Assembly: GCA_044426235.1 (NCBI GenBank)
Contig: JAWXUS010000006.1
Span: 9,309 to 73,308, forward strand
DNA length: 64,000 bases
Reading direction: 5' to 3'
Source: Peptostreptococcaceae bacterium
GTDB lineage: Bacteria > Bacillota > Clostridia > Peptostreptococcales > Peptostreptococcaceae
Below are positions 29,907 through 42,123 of this stretch, piece after piece; within the stretch, counting starts at the first letter, position 1; each line of letters opens with the position of its first letter. The translations under genes and the position numbers were made by a program. A model generated the notes under the pieces. That model did not search any database. It saw nothing but the letters and a program-made list of their open reading frames with translations, and was not told where the DNA came from.

Positions 29907-30056
29907 ATGAGAGTTAAGATAACTTTAGCATGTACAGAGTGTAAGCAAAGAAACTACAACACTACTAAGAACAAAAAGAACAATCCTGACAGAATAGAAT
30001 TACAAAAGTATTGTAGATTCTGTAAGTCGCATATAGCTCATAAGGAAACAAAATAG
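29907..30056 (+). CDS. rpmG: 50S ribosomal protein L33 (zinc-binding form); absent from the ORF track
   Basis: Hand translation gives [58 protein letters not shown] lies 7 nt upstream. An extra in-frame ATG at 29904 is too close to the RBS. Confidence 0.9.
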   Translation: MRVKITLACTECKQRNYNTTKNKKNNPDRIELQKYCRFCKSHIAHKETK

Positions 30057-30068
30057 TTTACTAAGGAT

Positions 30069-30296
30069 GTGAGTGTAAAAGTGGATACACAAACTAAAAA
30101 AGCCAACAAAGAAAAATTCAATTTAGTTTCATACATAAAAGAGACTAAAGTTGAATTGAATAGGGTTACGTGGCCAACAAAGAAAGAGTTGTTAAAAAAT
30201 ACAGGTGTAGTTTTAACAGTCGTAATTTTATCCACTATATTAGTATGGGGATTAGATACTATATTATCTAATATACTTAAACTTGTACTAAAATAG
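30069..30296 (+). CDS. secE: preprotein translocase subunit SecE
   Basis: ELNRVTWPTKKEL motif followed by one TM helix. Position between rpmG and nusG. GTG start; the exact start is uncertain. Confidence 0.85.
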   Translation: MSVKVDTQTKKANKEKFNLVSYIKETKVELNRVTWPTKKELLKNTGVVLTVVILSTILVWGLDTILSNILKLVLK

Positions 30297-30314
30297 GAAA
30301 AAGGAGAATACAAA

Positions 30315-30857
30315 ATGTCAGAATTACAAGAGTTAAAATGGTATGTTGTACATACCTATTCAGGACATGAAAACAAAGTTAAAGCTACTATAGAAAAAGC
30401 TGTAAAAACTAGAAGTATGGAAAAATACATACCTGCAGTTATTGTTCCAACTGAAGAGGTAGTTGAAATTACTAAAACAGGAAAACAAAAAACTAGACAG
30501 CGTAAAGTTTTTCCAAGTTATGTTCTATTAAAGATGATAATGACTGATGAATCGTGGTATATAGTAAGAAATACAAAGGGTGTGACGGGGTTTGTTGGAC
30601 CTGGATCAAAACCTGTACCACTTAGCGAAGAAGAAGTATTATCTATGGGTATAGAATTAGAAGAACAAAATGTTGTTAATAAAGGTATAAACTTTGAAAT
30701 TGGTCAAACTGTAGAAATCAGTGAAGGTTCATTCAAAGGAAATGTAGCAACATTACAAAGTATTAATTTAGAAGAAGAAACTGTTACTGTTTCTTTAGAA
30801 GTTTTTGGAAAAGAAACTTCAGTAGAGTTAAACTTTAGATCAATAAAAAAATTATAA
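30315..30857 (+). CDS. nusG: transcription termination/antitermination factor NusG
   Basis: KWYVVHTYSGHENKV NGN domain and a KOW domain (FEIGQTVEISEGSFKG). Confidence 0.95.
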   Translation: MSELQELKWYVVHTYSGHENKVKATIEKAVKTRSMEKYIPAVIVPTEEVVEITKTGKQKTRQRKVFPSYVLLKMIMTDESWYIVRNTKGVTGFVGPGSKPVPLSEEEVLSMGIELEEQNVVNKGINFEIGQTVEISEGSFKGNVATLQSINLEEETVTVSLEVFGKETSVELNFRSIKKL

Positions 30858-30891
30858 AATATTATAGAGAAAATTTGAGGAGGTGCGCTCA

Positions 30892-31317
30892 ATGGCTAAA
30901 AAAGTTATAGGTCAAATAAAATTACAAATACCTGCAGGAAAGGCAACACCTGCTCCACCAGTTGGTCCAGCATTAGGGCAACACGGAGTAAACATAATGG
31001 GATTCACTAAGGAATTCAATGCAAAAACTGCAGATCAAGCAGGGATGATAATACCAGTTGTTATAACTGTGTATCAAGATAGATCATTCTCGTTCATAAC
31101 AAAAACTCCACCAGCTGCAATATTACTTAAAAAAGCTGCTGGTTTAGAATCAGCTTCAGGAGAACCAAATAAGACTAAAGTTGCTACTTTATCTTCTGCT
31201 GAAATAAGAAAGATAGCTGAACTTAAGATGCCAGATTTAAATGCTGCGTCTGTTGAAACTGCAATGAGTATGATAGCAGGAACTGCTAGAAGTATGGGAA
31301 TTGTTGTTCAAGACTAA
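30892..31317 (+). CDS. rplK: 50S ribosomal protein L11
   Basis: [37 protein letters not shown] 30892 follows GAGGAGGTG. The track GTG lies inside the RBS. Confidence 0.97.
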   Translation: MAKKVIGQIKLQIPAGKATPAPPVGPALGQHGVNIMGFTKEFNAKTADQAGMIIPVVITVYQDRSFSFITKTPPAAILLKKAAGLESASGEPNKTKVATLSSAEIRKIAELKMPDLNAASVETAMSMIAGTARSMGIVVQD

Positions 31318-31378
31318 TTAATCACTTTTAAAATAAGTGGGAGGCGAAAGCCGAATATAACCACGGGAGGATAATAAA

Positions 31379-32077
31379 ATGGCTAAGAAAACAAAAAAAT
31401 ATGCTGAAGCATTAAGTAAAATAGATAGAACTAAGTTATATGACGCTAAAGAAGCTTTAAATTTAGTAGTTGAAGTTGCAACTGCTAAGTTTGATGAAAC
31501 TGTAGAAGCTCATATAAAATTAGGTGTTGATTCAAGACATGCTGATCAACAAGTAAGAGGAGCAGTTGTTCTTCCTCACGGAACTGGTAAAACTAAAAGA
31601 GTTTTAGTTTTCGCTAAAGGAGAAAAAGCTAAAGAAGCTGAAGCTGCTGGAGCTGATTTCGTAGGAGCTGAAGAATTAGTTCAAAAAATTCAAGGTGAAA
31701 ACTGGTTTGAATTTGATGTAATAGTTGCTACTCCTGATATGATGGGTGTAGTTGGTAGATTAGGTAGAGTTTTAGGACCTAAAGGATTAATGCCAAATCC
31801 AAAATCAGGAACTGTTACATTTGATGTAACTAAAGCTGTTGAAGAAATAAAAGCAGGTAAGGTTGAATATAGATTAGATAAAACTAATATAATTCACGTT
31901 GCTGTTGGTAAAGTTTCTTTCGGTGGAGAAAAGTTAGCTGAAAACTTTGCAGTATTAATGGATGCTATACTTAAAGCTAAGCCATCTGCTGCTAAAGGTC
32001 AATACTTAAAGAGTGTTGCTGTTGCTTCGACAATGGGACCTGGTGTTAAGTTAAACCAAAACAAAATAAGCGAATAA
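31379..32077 (+). CDS. rplA: 50S ribosomal protein L1
   Basis: Full-length L1 sequence ([23 protein letters not shown]). Confidence 0.97.
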   Translation: MAKKTKKYAEALSKIDRTKLYDAKEALNLVVEVATAKFDETVEAHIKLGVDSRHADQQVRGAVVLPHGTGKTKRVLVFAKGEKAKEAEAAGADFVGAEELVQKIQGENWFEFDVIVATPDMMGVVGRLGRVLGPKGLMPNPKSGTVTFDVTKAVEEIKAGKVEYRLDKTNIIHVAVGKVSFGGEKLAENFAVLMDAILKAKPSAAKGQYLKSVAVASTMGPGVKLNQNKISE

Positions 32078-32083
32078 TAACTA

Positions 32084-32112
32084 TTGACAATATATTTTAA
32101 AAATGTTATCAT
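32084..32112 (+). promoter_or_regulatory. sigma-A promoter of rplJL(-rpoBC)
   Basis: TTGACA (32084-32089), 17-nt spacer, TATCAT (32107-32112). Confidence 0.6.
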
Positions 32113-32288
32113 AGTTTTTGTTAAAACAGAATAGATTTGCCGTAGACAGTAGGTGCCAAGCTTAAATATCCTACCGAGGTTTTAGATAAATTTTCGAAAT
32201 TACTAAAGCTTTTGTATGTCTTCATACAAAAGCTTTTTTGATTTGCGGCAAGTGCTAAACCTATCAAAAAAAAGGAGGTGCACGTATT
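32113..32288 (+). promoter_or_regulatory. ribosomal protein L10 leader (autoregulatory 5' UTR) with terminator/attenuator hairpin at 32206-32241
   Basis: A leader of about 175 nt lies between the promoter and rplJ. It contains the 14-bp hairpin AAAGCTTTTGTATG / ATACAAAAGCTTT followed by T6, just before the RBS. This position and architecture match the L10 leader known in Firmicutes. Confidence 0.6.
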
Positions 32289-32783
32289 ATGAGAAAAGCT
32301 CAAGAGCTTAAATCACAAGTTGTAACTGAGATAGTTGAAAAATTAAATAATTCATCTTCTGCAATAGTTGTTGACTACAAAGGATTAACAGTTGAAGAAG
32401 TTACTGAATTAAGAAAGCAAATGAGAGAAGCTGGTGTTGATTATAAAGTTTATAAGAACACTTTAGTTAGAAGAGCTGCTAAAGAAGTTGGTATAGAACA
32501 ATTTAACGATGAGTTATTAGTTGGTACTAACGCTATAGCATTCGGATACGAAGATCCAGTTGCTCCAGCTAAAATATTAAAAGACTTTATGGATACTCAT
32601 CCAAAGTTAAACTTAAAGATGGGTGTAGTTGAAGGAGAATTCTACAACGAAGCGCAAATAGTTGAATTTGCTAACATACCATCAAGAGAAGTTCTTCTTG
32701 CTAAGTTACTTGGTAGCTTAAAGGCTCCAGTATCAAACTTCGCATACTTAATAGATGCGTTAATAAAGAAAGAAGAAGCTTAA
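32289..32783 (+). CDS. rplJ: 50S ribosomal protein L10
   Basis: Full-length L10 sequence, AAGGAGGTG RBS. Confidence 0.97.
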   Translation: MRKAQELKSQVVTEIVEKLNNSSSAIVVDYKGLTVEEVTELRKQMREAGVDYKVYKNTLVRRAAKEVGIEQFNDELLVGTNAIAFGYEDPVAPAKILKDFMDTHPKLNLKMGVVEGEFYNEAQIVEFANIPSREVLLAKLLGSLKAPVSNFAYLIDALIKKEEA

Positions 32784-32851
32784 TTGTCGATTTAGATATT
32801 AAAAAAGTTGTATAAACTTAAAATATAAAAAATATTCGGAGGTGCTAAAAA

Positions 32852-33214
32852 ATGACAATAGAACAAATATTAGAAGCTATAGAAAACATGAAAGTTTTAG
32901 AATTAAATGAATTAGTTAAAGCTGCTGAAGAGAAATTTGGAGTTTCTGCTTCTGCACCAGTTATGATGGCTGGTGGAGCTGCTGGTGGAGCTGCTGAAGA
33001 GAAAACTGAATTTGATGTAATATTATCAAATGCTGGAGCTTCAAAAGTTGGAGTTATAAAAGCTGTTAGAGAAATAACTGGATTAGGATTAAAAGAAGCT
33101 AAGGAATTAGTTGACAATGCTCCTAAAGCTGTTAAAGAAGGAGTTTCTAAAGACGAAGCTGAGCAAATGAAAGCTAAGTTAGAAGAAGCTGGAGCTTCAA
33201 TAGAAGTTAAGTAA
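32852..33214 (+). CDS. rplL: 50S ribosomal protein L7/L12
   Basis: Ala/Gly hinge [18 protein letters not shown] and C-terminal [12 protein letters not shown]...KAKLEEAGA. Confidence 0.97.
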   Translation: MTIEQILEAIENMKVLELNELVKAAEEKFGVSASAPVMMAGGAAGGAAEEKTEFDVILSNAGASKVGVIKAVREITGLGLKEAKELVDNAPKAVKEGVSKDEAEQMKAKLEEAGASIEVK

Positions 33215-33231
33215 TTTTTAGATACATTTAT

Positions 33232-33264
33232 AGAAGGTGTCTCAAGTACGAGGCACCTTTTTCT
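33232..33264 (+). terminator. intrinsic terminator / attenuator after rplL
   Basis: 10-bp stem AAGGTGTCTC / GAGGCACCTT with one G-U pair, then T5. Confidence 0.7.
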
Positions 33265-33445
33265 AGTATATTTCAAATATACTCAAAGGAGTCTTCGTTT
33301 ATAATTTTTAAATAGAGGACTTTTTTATTACTAAAAAAATTTACAAAAAGATAAATAAAAAAAGAGGATTTAGGACTGGAATTTTGTACATAATAACTAA
33401 TGTATATTTTAACAATGAAATTAATTTATATTAATGACTTACATA

Positions 33446-33474
33446 TTGAAAAACAATTATTATTATGTTAAAAT
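33446..33474 (+). promoter_or_regulatory. candidate promoter of rpoBC
   Basis: TTGAAA (33446-33451), 17-nt spacer, TGtTAAAAT extended -10 (33466-33474). Confidence 0.4.
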
Positions 33475-33535
33475 TATTAGATGCGTTATAATGAATTATA
33501 GTTTTATTTTTTGATTATTGAGAGGTGAAAAGTGA

Positions 33536-36500
33536 ATGCCACATCCTGTCACGATAGGTAAAAGAACTAGAATGAGCTTTTCTAAAATAAAAGAAATAGC
33601 TGACGTACCAAACCTTATAGAATTACAGGTAGATTCTTATAAGTGGTTTATAGAAGAAGGTTTAAAGGAAGTATTTGAAGATATATCTCCTATAGAAGAT
33701 TATACTGGAAATCTAATACTTGAATTTTTAGACTATTCATTAGATGATAAACCTAAATACGATATAGAAGAATGTAAAGATAGAGATGCAACGTATTGTG
33801 CGCCTCTTAGAGTAAAAGTTAGACTTATTAATAAAGAAACTGGAGAAATAAAGGAACAAGAAGTTTTTATGGGAGACTTCCCTTTAATGACAGAAAAAGG
33901 AACATTTATAATAAATGGTGCCGAGAGAGTTATAGTAAGTCAGTTAGTTAGATCTCCAGGAGTATATTATGCACTTGAAAGAGATAAAACAGGAAAGAAA
34001 TTGATATCTTCTACTGTTATACCAAACAGAGGAGCATGGTTAGAATATGAAACAGATTCTAACGATATAGTTTCTGTAAGAGTTGATAGAACGAGAAAAC
34101 AACCAGCTACAGTTTTACTTAGAGCTTTAGGTATAGGAACTGATGCAGAAATTATGGATTTACTAGGTGAAGACGAAAGAGTAATGGCTACCCTAGAAAA
34201 AGATAACACTACAACTGTTGAAGAGGGATTAATTGAAATTTATAAGAAATTAAGACCAGGAGAGCCTCCAACTGTGGAAAGTGCATCATCACTTATAAAA
34301 GCTCTATTCTTCGATGCTAAGAGATATGATTTAGCTAAAGTTGGTAGATATAAATTTAACAAGAAGTTAGCACTTTGTTATAGAATTATGAACAAAATAT
34401 CAGCTGACGACATTATAAATGAAGAAACTGGAGAAATTTTTGTAGGTGCTGGAGAAAAAATCTCTTATGAAGTAGCTAGAAAAATACAAGATTCAGGAAT
34501 AAACAACGTAAAACTTTTAGTTAACGAAGTTGAAGTAAAAGTAACAGGGAATAATTTTGTTGATATTAGATCACATATCAATTTTAACATAGATGAGTTA
34601 GGAATAAAAGAAAATGTTCACTACCCAACACTAAAAGAAATTTTAGAAGAATGTAGTGATGAAGAAGAAATAAAAGAAGCTATAAAGTTAAGAGCTAAAG
34701 AATTAGTTCCAAAACATATATTACTAGATGATATAATAGCGTCTATTAGTTATCAATTCAATTTATTCCATGACCTAGGATATATAGACGATATAGATCA
34801 TTTAGGAAATAGAAGAATAAGAAGTGTTGGTGAACTTTTACAAAACCAAGTTAGAATTGGTTTATCTAGAATGGAAAGAGTAATAAAAGAAAGAATGACA
34901 GTACAAGATATGGAAGCTATAACTCCACAAGTACTTGTTAATATAAGACCAGTGTCTGCAGCTATTAAAGAATTCTTTGGTAGTTCTCAGTTATCTCAGT
35001 TCATGGATCAAACTAATCCATTATCTGAGTTAACACATAAGAGAAGATTATCTGCATTAGGACCTGGAGGACTTTCAAGAGAAAGAGCAGGATTTGAGGT
35101 TCGTGACGTTCATCATTCTCACTATGGAAGAATGTGTCCGATAGAAACTCCTGAAGGACCAAATATAGGTCTTATAAACTCTTTAAGTACGTATGCGAAA
35201 ATAAATGAATTTGGTTTCATTGAATCTCCATACAGAACAGTTGATAAAGAACTTGGTAAAGTTACTAACGTAATAAAATATTTAACTGCAGATGAAGAAG
35301 ATTTATTCATAAGAGCGCAGGCAAATGAACCTCTTGAAGAAGATGGAACTTTCGTTAATAATAGAGTTGTTTGTAGAACTAAAAATGGTGCCGTTGAACT
35401 AGTTGCAATTAAGAATGTTGATTTTATGGATATATCTCCAAAGCAAGTTGTTTCAATAGCAACAGCTATGATACCATTCTTAGAAAATGATGATGCCAAC
35501 CGTGCACTTATGGGATCAAACATGCAACGTCAAGCAGTACCATTAGTAAGAAGAGAAGCTCCAATTATCGGAACTGGAGTTGAATATAGAGCTGCAAAAG
35601 ATTCTGGTGCAGTTGTTGTTGCTATAAACTCTGGTATAGCAGAGAGAGTAACAGCTGATGAAATAGTAATTGCAAAAGAAGATGGTACAAAAGATAGATA
35701 CAAGTTACTTAAGTTTAAACGCTCGAATCAAGGTACTTGTATTAACCAAACTCCAATAATAAATGCTGGAGAAAAAGTTAATGCAGGGGATGTTATAGCA
35801 GATGGACCTTCAACTGATCTTGGAGAAGTTGCACTTGGAAGAAACTGTTTTATAGCATTCATGACTTGGGAAGGTTATAACTATGAGGATGCTATCCTTA
35901 TAAATGAGAGACTTGTTAAAGAAGATAGATTATCAACAATTCATATAGAAGAATATGAGTGTGAAGCAAGAGATACAAAACTTGGACCAGAAGAAATTAC
36001 TTGTGATATTCCAAATGTTGGAGAAAATGCAATTAAGAATCTTGATAAAAGAGGTATCATAAGAATAGGTGCTGAAGTAGATTCAGGAGATATATTAGTA
36101 GGGAAAGTGACTCCTAAAGGTGAAACTGAGCTTACTGCTGAAGAAAGATTACTTCGTGCTATATTTGGAGAGAAAGCTAGAGAAGTTAGAGATACATCTC
36201 TTAAAGTTCCTCATGGTGAAAGTGGTATAATTGTTGACATTAAAGTATTCACAAGAGAAAATGGAGATGACTTATCACCAGGAGTTAATGAATTAGTTAG
36301 ATGTTATATAGCTAAGAAGAGAAAAATAACTGTTGGAGATAAGATGGCAGGACGTCACGGTAATAAAGGGGTAATCTCTAGAATATTACCAGAAGAAGAT
36401 ATGCCATTTATGGAAGATGGAACACCTCTTGATATAGTGCTTAATCCTCAAGGGATACCATCTCGTATGAACATCGGTCAGGTTCTTGAAGTTCACTTAG

Positions 36501-37303
36501 GACTTGCAGCTAAATCTTTAGGATGGCATGTTGCTACATCAGTATTTGATGGTGCTAAGGAAGCAGACATAAGAAAAGCATTAGTAGATGTTGGATATCC
36601 AGAAGACGGAAAATTAACATTATATGATGGAAGAACTGGAGAAACATTTGATAACAGAATAACTGTTGGATATATGTATATGTTAAAACTACATCACTTA
36701 GTTGATGATAAATTACATGCAAGAAGTACTGGACCTTACTCTTTAGTTACTCAACAACCTCTTGGAGGAAAAGCACAATTTGGAGGACAAAGATTTGGGG
36801 AAATGGAGGTTTGGGCCCTTGAAGCATATGGAGCAGCACACATACTACAAGAAATTCTTACTGTTAAATCAGATGATGTTGTAGGTCGTGTTAGAGCATA
36901 TGAAGCAATAGTTAAGGGTGAGAATATTCCAGAGCCAGGAATACCAGAATCATTCAAAGTTCTTATAAAAGAACTTCAAAGTTTATGTCTTGATGTAAAA
37001 GTATTAACAGAAGGTGAAGAAGAAGTTGAAGTTAGAGAAGACATCGATATAGATGACGATTCTACTACTTTTGAAATAACATCTGTTACAGGAGATATAA
37101 AAGAACTTGAGGAAACTCATTTAATTCAAGATTTAGAAGAGACTAATTCAAAAGAAATTTCTGATGAAGGTGCAGAATTTGAATCAGATGAAAGTATGGA
37201 TTTTGAAAAAGAAGCTGAAGAAGTTGATTTTAATGATAATGTAGAATTCGAAGATGGTTTCGAAAACGACACATTTGAAACTTATAGCGATGATGAATTT
37301 TAA
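33536..37303 (+). CDS. rpoB: DNA-directed RNA polymerase subunit beta, with a long acidic C-terminal tail
   Basis: Conserved blocks [33 protein letters not shown] and NIGQVLE. 1255 aa. Confidence 0.98.
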   Translation: MPHPVTIGKRTRMSFSKIKEIADVPNLIELQVDSYKWFIEEGLKEVFEDISPIEDYTGNLILEFLDYSLDDKPKYDIEECKDRDATYCAPLRVKVRLINKETGEIKEQEVFMGDFPLMTEKGTFIINGAERVIVSQLVRSPGVYYALERDKTGKKLISSTVIPNRGAWLEYETDSNDIVSVRVDRTRKQPATVLLRALGIGTDAEIMDLLGEDERVMATLEKDNTTTVEEGLIEIYKKLRPGEPPTVESASSLIKALFFDAKRYDLAKVGRYKFNKKLALCYRIMNKISADDIINEETGEIFVGAGEKISYEVARKIQDSGINNVKLLVNEVEVKVTGNNFVDIRSHINFNIDELGIKENVHYPTLKEILEECSDEEEIKEAIKLRAKELVPKHILLDDIIASISYQFNLFHDLGYIDDIDHLGNRRIRSVGELLQNQVRIGLSRMERVIKERMTVQDMEAITPQVLVNIRPVSAAIKEFFGSSQLSQFMDQTNPLSELTHKRRLSALGPGGLSRERAGFEVRDVHHSHYGRMCPIETPEGPNIGLINSLSTYAKINEFGFIESPYRTVDKELGKVTNVIKYLTADEEDLFIRAQANEPLEEDGTFVNNRVVCRTKNGAVELVAIKNVDFMDISPKQVVSIATAMIPFLENDDANRALMGSNMQRQAVPLVRREAPIIGTGVEYRAAKDSGAVVVAINSGIAERVTADEIVIAKEDGTKDRYKLLKFKRSNQGTCINQTPIINAGEKVNAGDVIADGPSTDLGEVALGRNCFIAFMTWEGYNYEDAILINERLVKEDRLSTIHIEEYECEARDTKLGPEEITCDIPNVGENAIKNLDKRGIIRIGAEVDSGDILVGKVTPKGETELTAEERLLRAIFGEKAREVRDTSLKVPHGESGIIVDIKVFTRENGDDLSPGVNELVRCYIAKKRKITVGDKMAGRHGNKGVISRILPEEDMPFMEDGTPLDIVLNPQGIPSRMNIGQVLEVHLGLAAKSLGWHVATSVFDGAKEADIRKALVDVGYPEDGKLTLYDGRTGETFDNRITVGYMYMLKLHHLVDDKLHARSTGPYSLVTQQPLGGKAQFGGQRFGEMEVWALEAYGAAHILQEILTVKSDDVVGRVRAYEAIVKGENIPEPGIPESFKVLIKELQSLCLDVKVLTEGEEEVEVREDIDIDDDSTTFEITSVTGDIKELEETHLIQDLEETNSKEISDEGAEFESDESMDFEKEAEEVDFNDNVEFEDGFENDTFETYSDDEF

Positions 37304-37342
37304 AAATTTAATATAAATATCAAATAGAAGGGAGAGAACTCC

Positions 37343-40300
37343 TTGTTTGAACTAAACAATTTTGAGTCGATAAAAATAGCATTGGCTTCTCCAGAGAAAA
37401 TAAGACAATGGTCAAGAGGAGAAGTAAAAAAACCGGAAACTATAAATTACCGTACATTAAAGCCAGAAAAAGATGGTCTTTTCTGTGAGAGAATATTCGG
37501 GCCACAAAAAGACTGGGAATGTCATTGTGGAAAATATAGAAGAGTAAGATACAAAGGTGTAGTTTGCGATAGATGTGGTGTTGAAGTTACTAAATCTAAA
37601 GTAAGAAGAGAAAGAATGGGACATATAGAGCTTGCAGCTCCTATGTCTCATATCTGGTACTTCAAAGGTATACCAAGTAGAATGGGACTTTTACTTGATA
37701 TGTCTCCAAGATCTCTTGAAAAGATACTTTATTTTGCATCATACGTTGTTACTGATGCTAAAGAAACAGGTCTTAGCGAAAAGCAATTATTAACTGAAAA
37801 AGAATATAGAACAGCTGTTGAGAAATACGGTTACAATACATTCGAAATAGGTATGGGTGCTGAAGCTGTAAAGAGACTTCTTGAAAATATAGATCTTGAA
37901 ACGGAAAGTAAAGAATTAAGAGAAGATCTAAAAGATAGCACTGGTCAAAAAAGAGTTAGAACTATTAGAAGATTAGAGGTTGTTGAAGCATTCAAAAAAT
38001 CAGGAAACAAGCCTGAATGGATGATATTAGATACAATCCCAGTTATACCACCAGATTTAAGACCTATGGTTCAACTTGATGGGGGTAGATTTGCAACTTC
38101 TGATTTAAATGACTTATATAGAAGAGTTATAAATAGAAATAACAGATTAAAAAGACTTCTTGAACTTGGAGCACCTGATATCATTGTAAGAAATGAAAAA
38201 AGAATGCTACAAGAAGCAGTTGATGCCTTAATAGATAATGGTAGACGTGGAAGACCAGTTACAGGTCCAGGAAATAGACCATTAAAATCATTATCAGACA
38301 TGTTAAAAGGTAAGCAAGGGCGTTTCCGTCAAAACTTACTTGGTAAACGTGTTGATTATTCAGGGCGTTCTGTTATAGTTGTTGGTCCAGAACTTAAGTT
38401 CTACCAATGTGGATTACCAAAGAAAATGGCACTTGAATTATTTAAACCATTTGTTATGGATAAGTTAGTAAAAAGCGGAGTATCTCACAATATAAAGAGT
38501 GCTAAGAATGCTGTTGAAAAACTTAAGCCAGAAGTTTGGGATATACTAGAAGATGTTATAAAAGGTCATCCAGTACTTCTAAACCGTGCCCCTACTCTTC
38601 ATAGACTTGGGATACAAGCATTTGAACCGATATTAGTTGATGGAAAAGCTATAAAATTACATCCACTAGTATGTACTGCATACAATGCCGATTTCGATGG
38701 GGATCAAATGGCAGTACACGTTCCATTATCAGTTGAAGCACAAGCAGAAGCTAGATTCTTAATGCTTTCAGTAAATAATATACTAGCTCCTAAAGATGGA
38801 AGTCCAATAACTACTCCTTCTCAGGATATGGTACTTGGATGCTACTATTTAACTATAGAAGCTCAAGAAGGTGTAAGAGGAACAGGTTCAATATTTAAAG
38901 ATTTTAATGAAATGTTACTTGCATATCAAACGAATTCAGTTCATTTACATGCATTAGTTAAAGTTAGAGTTAAAAAAGAAGATGGAACTTCTACTTTACT
39001 TGAAAGTACAGTAGGTAGATTCATATTCAATGAAAATATTCCTCAAGATTTAGGATTTATAAACAGAGAAGAAGATCTTTATGGATTAGAAATCAATGAT
39101 TTAGTAGATAAAAAATTCTTAGGAAAGATAATAGATAAGTGCTTTAGGAAACATGGAAATACTGAAACTGCAGTTATGTTAGACCATATTAAATCATTAG
39201 GATTTAAGTTCTCAACTAGAGGTGGAATAACTGTTGCTGTTGCTGATATGACAATTCCTGAAGAAAAGAAGATGCACATAAAAGCTGCTGAAACTAAAGT
39301 AGATAAGTATGAAAAAGCATATAGAAGAGGATTAATATCTAACGAAGAAAGATATGAAAGAGTAATAGAAACTTGGACAGAAACTACTGATAGAGTGACT
39401 GATGCTCTAATGGAGAATCTTTCTAGACTTAATAATATATATATAATGGCCCATTCAGGAGCCAGAGGTTCTAAGAACCAAATAAGACAGCTTGCAGGAA
39501 TGCGTGGACTTATGGCCAATGCATCTGGTAAAACTGTTGAAGTTCCAGTAAAATCTAACTTCCGTGAAGGATTATCTGTAATGGAATACTTCACATCTTC
39601 ACATGGTGCCAGAAAAGGTCTTGCCGATACTGCACTACGTACAGCCGATTCAGGTTACTTAACGAGAAGACTAGTTGATGTAAGTCAAGATGTTATAGTA
39701 AGAGAAGTAGATTGTGGAACAACTGATATAACTTTAACTTCAGCTATAAAAGATGGAAATGAAGTTATAGAAGAATTATATGACAGAATAGTTGGAAGAT
39801 ACACTATTGATTCGATAGTAAATCCAAAAACTAATGAAGTTATAGTAGCATCTGATTCTATGATACAAGAAGAAGAAGCTGAAATTATAGTAGGACTTGG
39901 AATAGAAAATGTGGCTATAAGAACAGTTCTTAATTGTAAAACTAACCACGGAGTATGTTCTAAGTGTTATGGTAGAAACTTAGCAACTGGAAAAGAAGTT
40001 AATATCGGAGAGGCTGTTGGTATAATAGCTGCTCAATCAATCGGAGAACCAGGTACACAGCTTACAATGCGTACATTCCATACAGGTGGGGTTGCCGGAG
40101 GAGATATAACTCAAGGTCTTCCAAGGGTTGAGGAATTATTTGAAGCTAGAAAACCTAAAGGTTTAGCTATAATATCTGAAATAGCAGGTAGAGTGGAGCT
40201 TGAAGATTTAGGTAATAGAAAAGATGTAATAGTAATACCAGAGGTTGGAGAAAAAGAAATTTATCAAATACCTTATGGTTCTAGAATAAAAGTTAAGCAT

Positions 40301-40831
40301 GGTCAAATAGTTGAAGCTGGTGACTTATTAACTCAAGGTTCTGTAAATCCACACGATATCGTTAGAGTAAAAGGTATTAGTGGAGTTCAAGACTATATAG
40401 TTAAAGAAGTTCAAAGAGTGTATAGAATGCAGGGGGTTGATGTTAACGATAAGCATATAGAAGTAATCGTTAGACAGATGCTTTCTAAAGTTAAAATTGA
40501 AGATCCAGGAGATACTGAATTACTTCCAGGAGGATATGAAGATGTCCTAAACTTCAATAAGTGCAACGAAGAAGCAGAAGCTCAAGGTTTAAGACCTGCT
40601 GTAGCTAAGAGAGGTTTACTTGGGATAACTAAAGCATCACTTGCAACAGAGTCATTCTTATCTGCGGCATCATTCCAAGAAACAACTAGAGTATTAACAG
40701 AAGCTGCTATAAAAGGAAAGCAAGATCACCTAATAGGGCTTAAAGAAAATGTTATAATAGGTAAATTAATACCTGCAGGAACTGGTATGAAAAGATACAA
40801 AAATATAGCTATTGAAAAGACTGAAATTTAG
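37343..40831 (+). CDS. rpoC: DNA-directed RNA polymerase subunit beta'
   Basis: Zinc motif [23 protein letters not shown] and catalytic [12 protein letters not shown] start after GGGAGAG. Confidence 0.98.
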   Translation: MFELNNFESIKIALASPEKIRQWSRGEVKKPETINYRTLKPEKDGLFCERIFGPQKDWECHCGKYRRVRYKGVVCDRCGVEVTKSKVRRERMGHIELAAPMSHIWYFKGIPSRMGLLLDMSPRSLEKILYFASYVVTDAKETGLSEKQLLTEKEYRTAVEKYGYNTFEIGMGAEAVKRLLENIDLETESKELREDLKDSTGQKRVRTIRRLEVVEAFKKSGNKPEWMILDTIPVIPPDLRPMVQLDGGRFATSDLNDLYRRVINRNNRLKRLLELGAPDIIVRNEKRMLQEAVDALIDNGRRGRPVTGPGNRPLKSLSDMLKGKQGRFRQNLLGKRVDYSGRSVIVVGPELKFYQCGLPKKMALELFKPFVMDKLVKSGVSHNIKSAKNAVEKLKPEVWDILEDVIKGHPVLLNRAPTLHRLGIQAFEPILVDGKAIKLHPLVCTAYNADFDGDQMAVHVPLSVEAQAEARFLMLSVNNILAPKDGSPITTPSQDMVLGCYYLTIEAQEGVRGTGSIFKDFNEMLLAYQTNSVHLHALVKVRVKKEDGTSTLLESTVGRFIFNENIPQDLGFINREEDLYGLEINDLVDKKFLGKIIDKCFRKHGNTETAVMLDHIKSLGFKFSTRGGITVAVADMTIPEEKKMHIKAAETKVDKYEKAYRRGLISNEERYERVIETWTETTDRVTDALMENLSRLNNIYIMAHSGARGSKNQIRQLAGMRGLMANASGKTVEVPVKSNFREGLSVMEYFTSSHGARKGLADTALRTADSGYLTRRLVDVSQDVIVREVDCGTTDITLTSAIKDGNEVIEELYDRIVGRYTIDSIVNPKTNEVIVASDSMIQEEEAEIIVGLGIENVAIRTVLNCKTNHGVCSKCYGRNLATGKEVNIGEAVGIIAAQSIGEPGTQLTMRTFHTGGVAGGDITQGLPRVEELFEARKPKGLAIISEIAGRVELEDLGNRKDVIVIPEVGEKEIYQIPYGSRIKVKHGQIVEAGDLLTQGSVNPHDIVRVKGISGVQDYIVKEVQRVYRMQGVDVNDKHIEVIVRQMLSKVKIEDPGDTELLPGGYEDVLNFNKCNEEAEAQGLRPAVAKRGLLGITKASLATESFLSAASFQETTRVLTEAAIKGKQDHLIGLKENVIIGKLIPAGTGMKRYKNIAIEKTEI

Positions 40832-40855
40832 TATTAATTAAGATTATAAACAATC

Positions 40856-40884
40856 TTGACAGTATTTATATTGAATGATAAAAT
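40856..40884 (+). promoter_or_regulatory. candidate sigma-A promoter of the str operon (rpsL-rpsG-fusA-tuf)
   Basis: TTGACA (40856-40861), 17-nt spacer, TGaTAAAAT extended -10 (40876-40884). Confidence 0.5.
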
Positions 40885-41063
40885 ATTAAAGTGTGTAATT
40901 AAGAGGTTATTCTTAATTACCATTTTAATATGAATTAGCAGCACCAAACTGCAGTCTATTATAGACATTTAATTGTTGTAACAAATGTTACGAAAAAAAT
41001 CAGTTTTAAACTGATAAGTTGGCGATCACATGATCGAAAATTTTAAGAAGGAGGTGCAGATGA

Positions 41064-41486
41064 ATGCCAACAATTAATCAATTAGTTCGTAAGAACAGAC
41101 AAGCAATAGAGAAAAAATCTACTGCTCCAGCATTACAAAAGGGTTATAACTCTTTACACAAAAAAGCTACAAACGCAAGTGCTCCACAAAAAAGAGGAGT
41201 ATGTACTTCAGTTAAGACAGTTACTCCAAAGAAGCCTAACTCGGCTTTAAGAAAAGTAGCGAGAGTTAGATTAACTAACGGAATAGAAGTTTCTGCTTAT
41301 ATACCAGGAGAAGGACACAACTTACAAGAGCATAGTGTTGTTCTTATAAGAGGAGGAAGAGTAAAAGATCTTCCAGGGGTTAGATACCATATATTAAGAG
41401 GAACTTTAGATACTGCAGGTGTTGATAAGAGAATGCAAGCAAGATCTAAGTATGGAGCTAAGAAACCGAAAGCTGCAAAAAAATAA
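41064..41486 (+). CDS. rpsL: 30S ribosomal protein S12
   Basis: [10 protein letters not shown] ... [16 protein letters not shown]. Confidence 0.98.
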   Translation: MPTINQLVRKNRQAIEKKSTAPALQKGYNSLHKKATNASAPQKRGVCTSVKTVTPKKPNSALRKVARVRLTNGIEVSAYIPGEGHNLQEHSVVLIRGGRVKDLPGVRYHILRGTLDTAGVDKRMQARSKYGAKKPKAAKK

Positions 41487-41604
41487 TATAACAATTAATT
41501 ATAAGTGCGGTGCTTTAAATATATAGTGATATTTATGGCATCACGGCGTGAAATATCGTTGAGTACCTATGATTTAAGATTAAATAATTAAGGAGGGAAG
41601 TTTA

Positions 41605-42075
41605 ATGCCAAGAAAAGGTAGTGTTCCAAAAAGAGAAGTACTAGCTGATCCAATGTATGGAAGTAAGGTAGTAACTAAATTAATCAACAACTTAATGGTT
41701 GATGGAAAAAGAGGGAAAGCTCAAACAATAGTTTATGATGCTTTCGCTATAATAGCAGACAAAACAGGAGAAGAAGCTTTAGAAGTATTTAATACTGCAA
41801 TGGAAAATATAATGCCAGTATTAGAAGTTAAAGCTAGAAGAGTTGGTGGATCAAACTATCAAGTACCTATAGAGGTTAGACCGGAAAGAAGACAAACTTT
41901 AGGTTTAAGATGGTTAGTAAACTATACTAGATCTCGTGGAGAAAAAGGAATGGTTGAAAAGCTTGCTAAAGAAATAATGGATGCAGCTAACAACACAGGA
42001 GCTTCAGTTAAGAAGAAAGAAGATACTCATAAAATGGCAGAAGCTAATAAGGCATTTGCTCATTACAGATTCTAA
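41605..42075 (+). CDS. rpsG: 30S ribosomal protein S7
   Basis: [20 protein letters not shown] and the full-length S7 sequence. Confidence 0.98.
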   Translation: MPRKGSVPKREVLADPMYGSKVVTKLINNLMVDGKRGKAQTIVYDAFAIIADKTGEEALEVFNTAMENIMPVLEVKARRVGGSNYQVPIEVRPERRQTLGLRWLVNYTRSRGEKGMVEKLAKEIMDAANNTGASVKKKEDTHKMAEANKAFAHYRF

Positions 42076-42123
42076 TAAATAAAAGTAGTGATAACTAATT
42101 AGAGTTATCAAAGGAGGAGAACC

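Noticed and set aside
31318-31378. GGGAGGCGAAAGCCGAATATAACCACGGGAGG between rplK and rplA, considered as a possible L1 translational operator.
   Set aside because: I cannot match it confidently to the L1 rRNA/mRNA binding motif from memory. Part of it is simply the rplA Shine-Dalgarno sequence.
40832-41063. Possible missing small gene (an L7Ae/YbxF-like gene sits here in some Firmicutes) between rpoC and rpsL.
   Set aside because: Only ORFs of 10 codons or fewer, without an RBS, are present. The region is better explained as a promoter plus 5' leader of rpsL.
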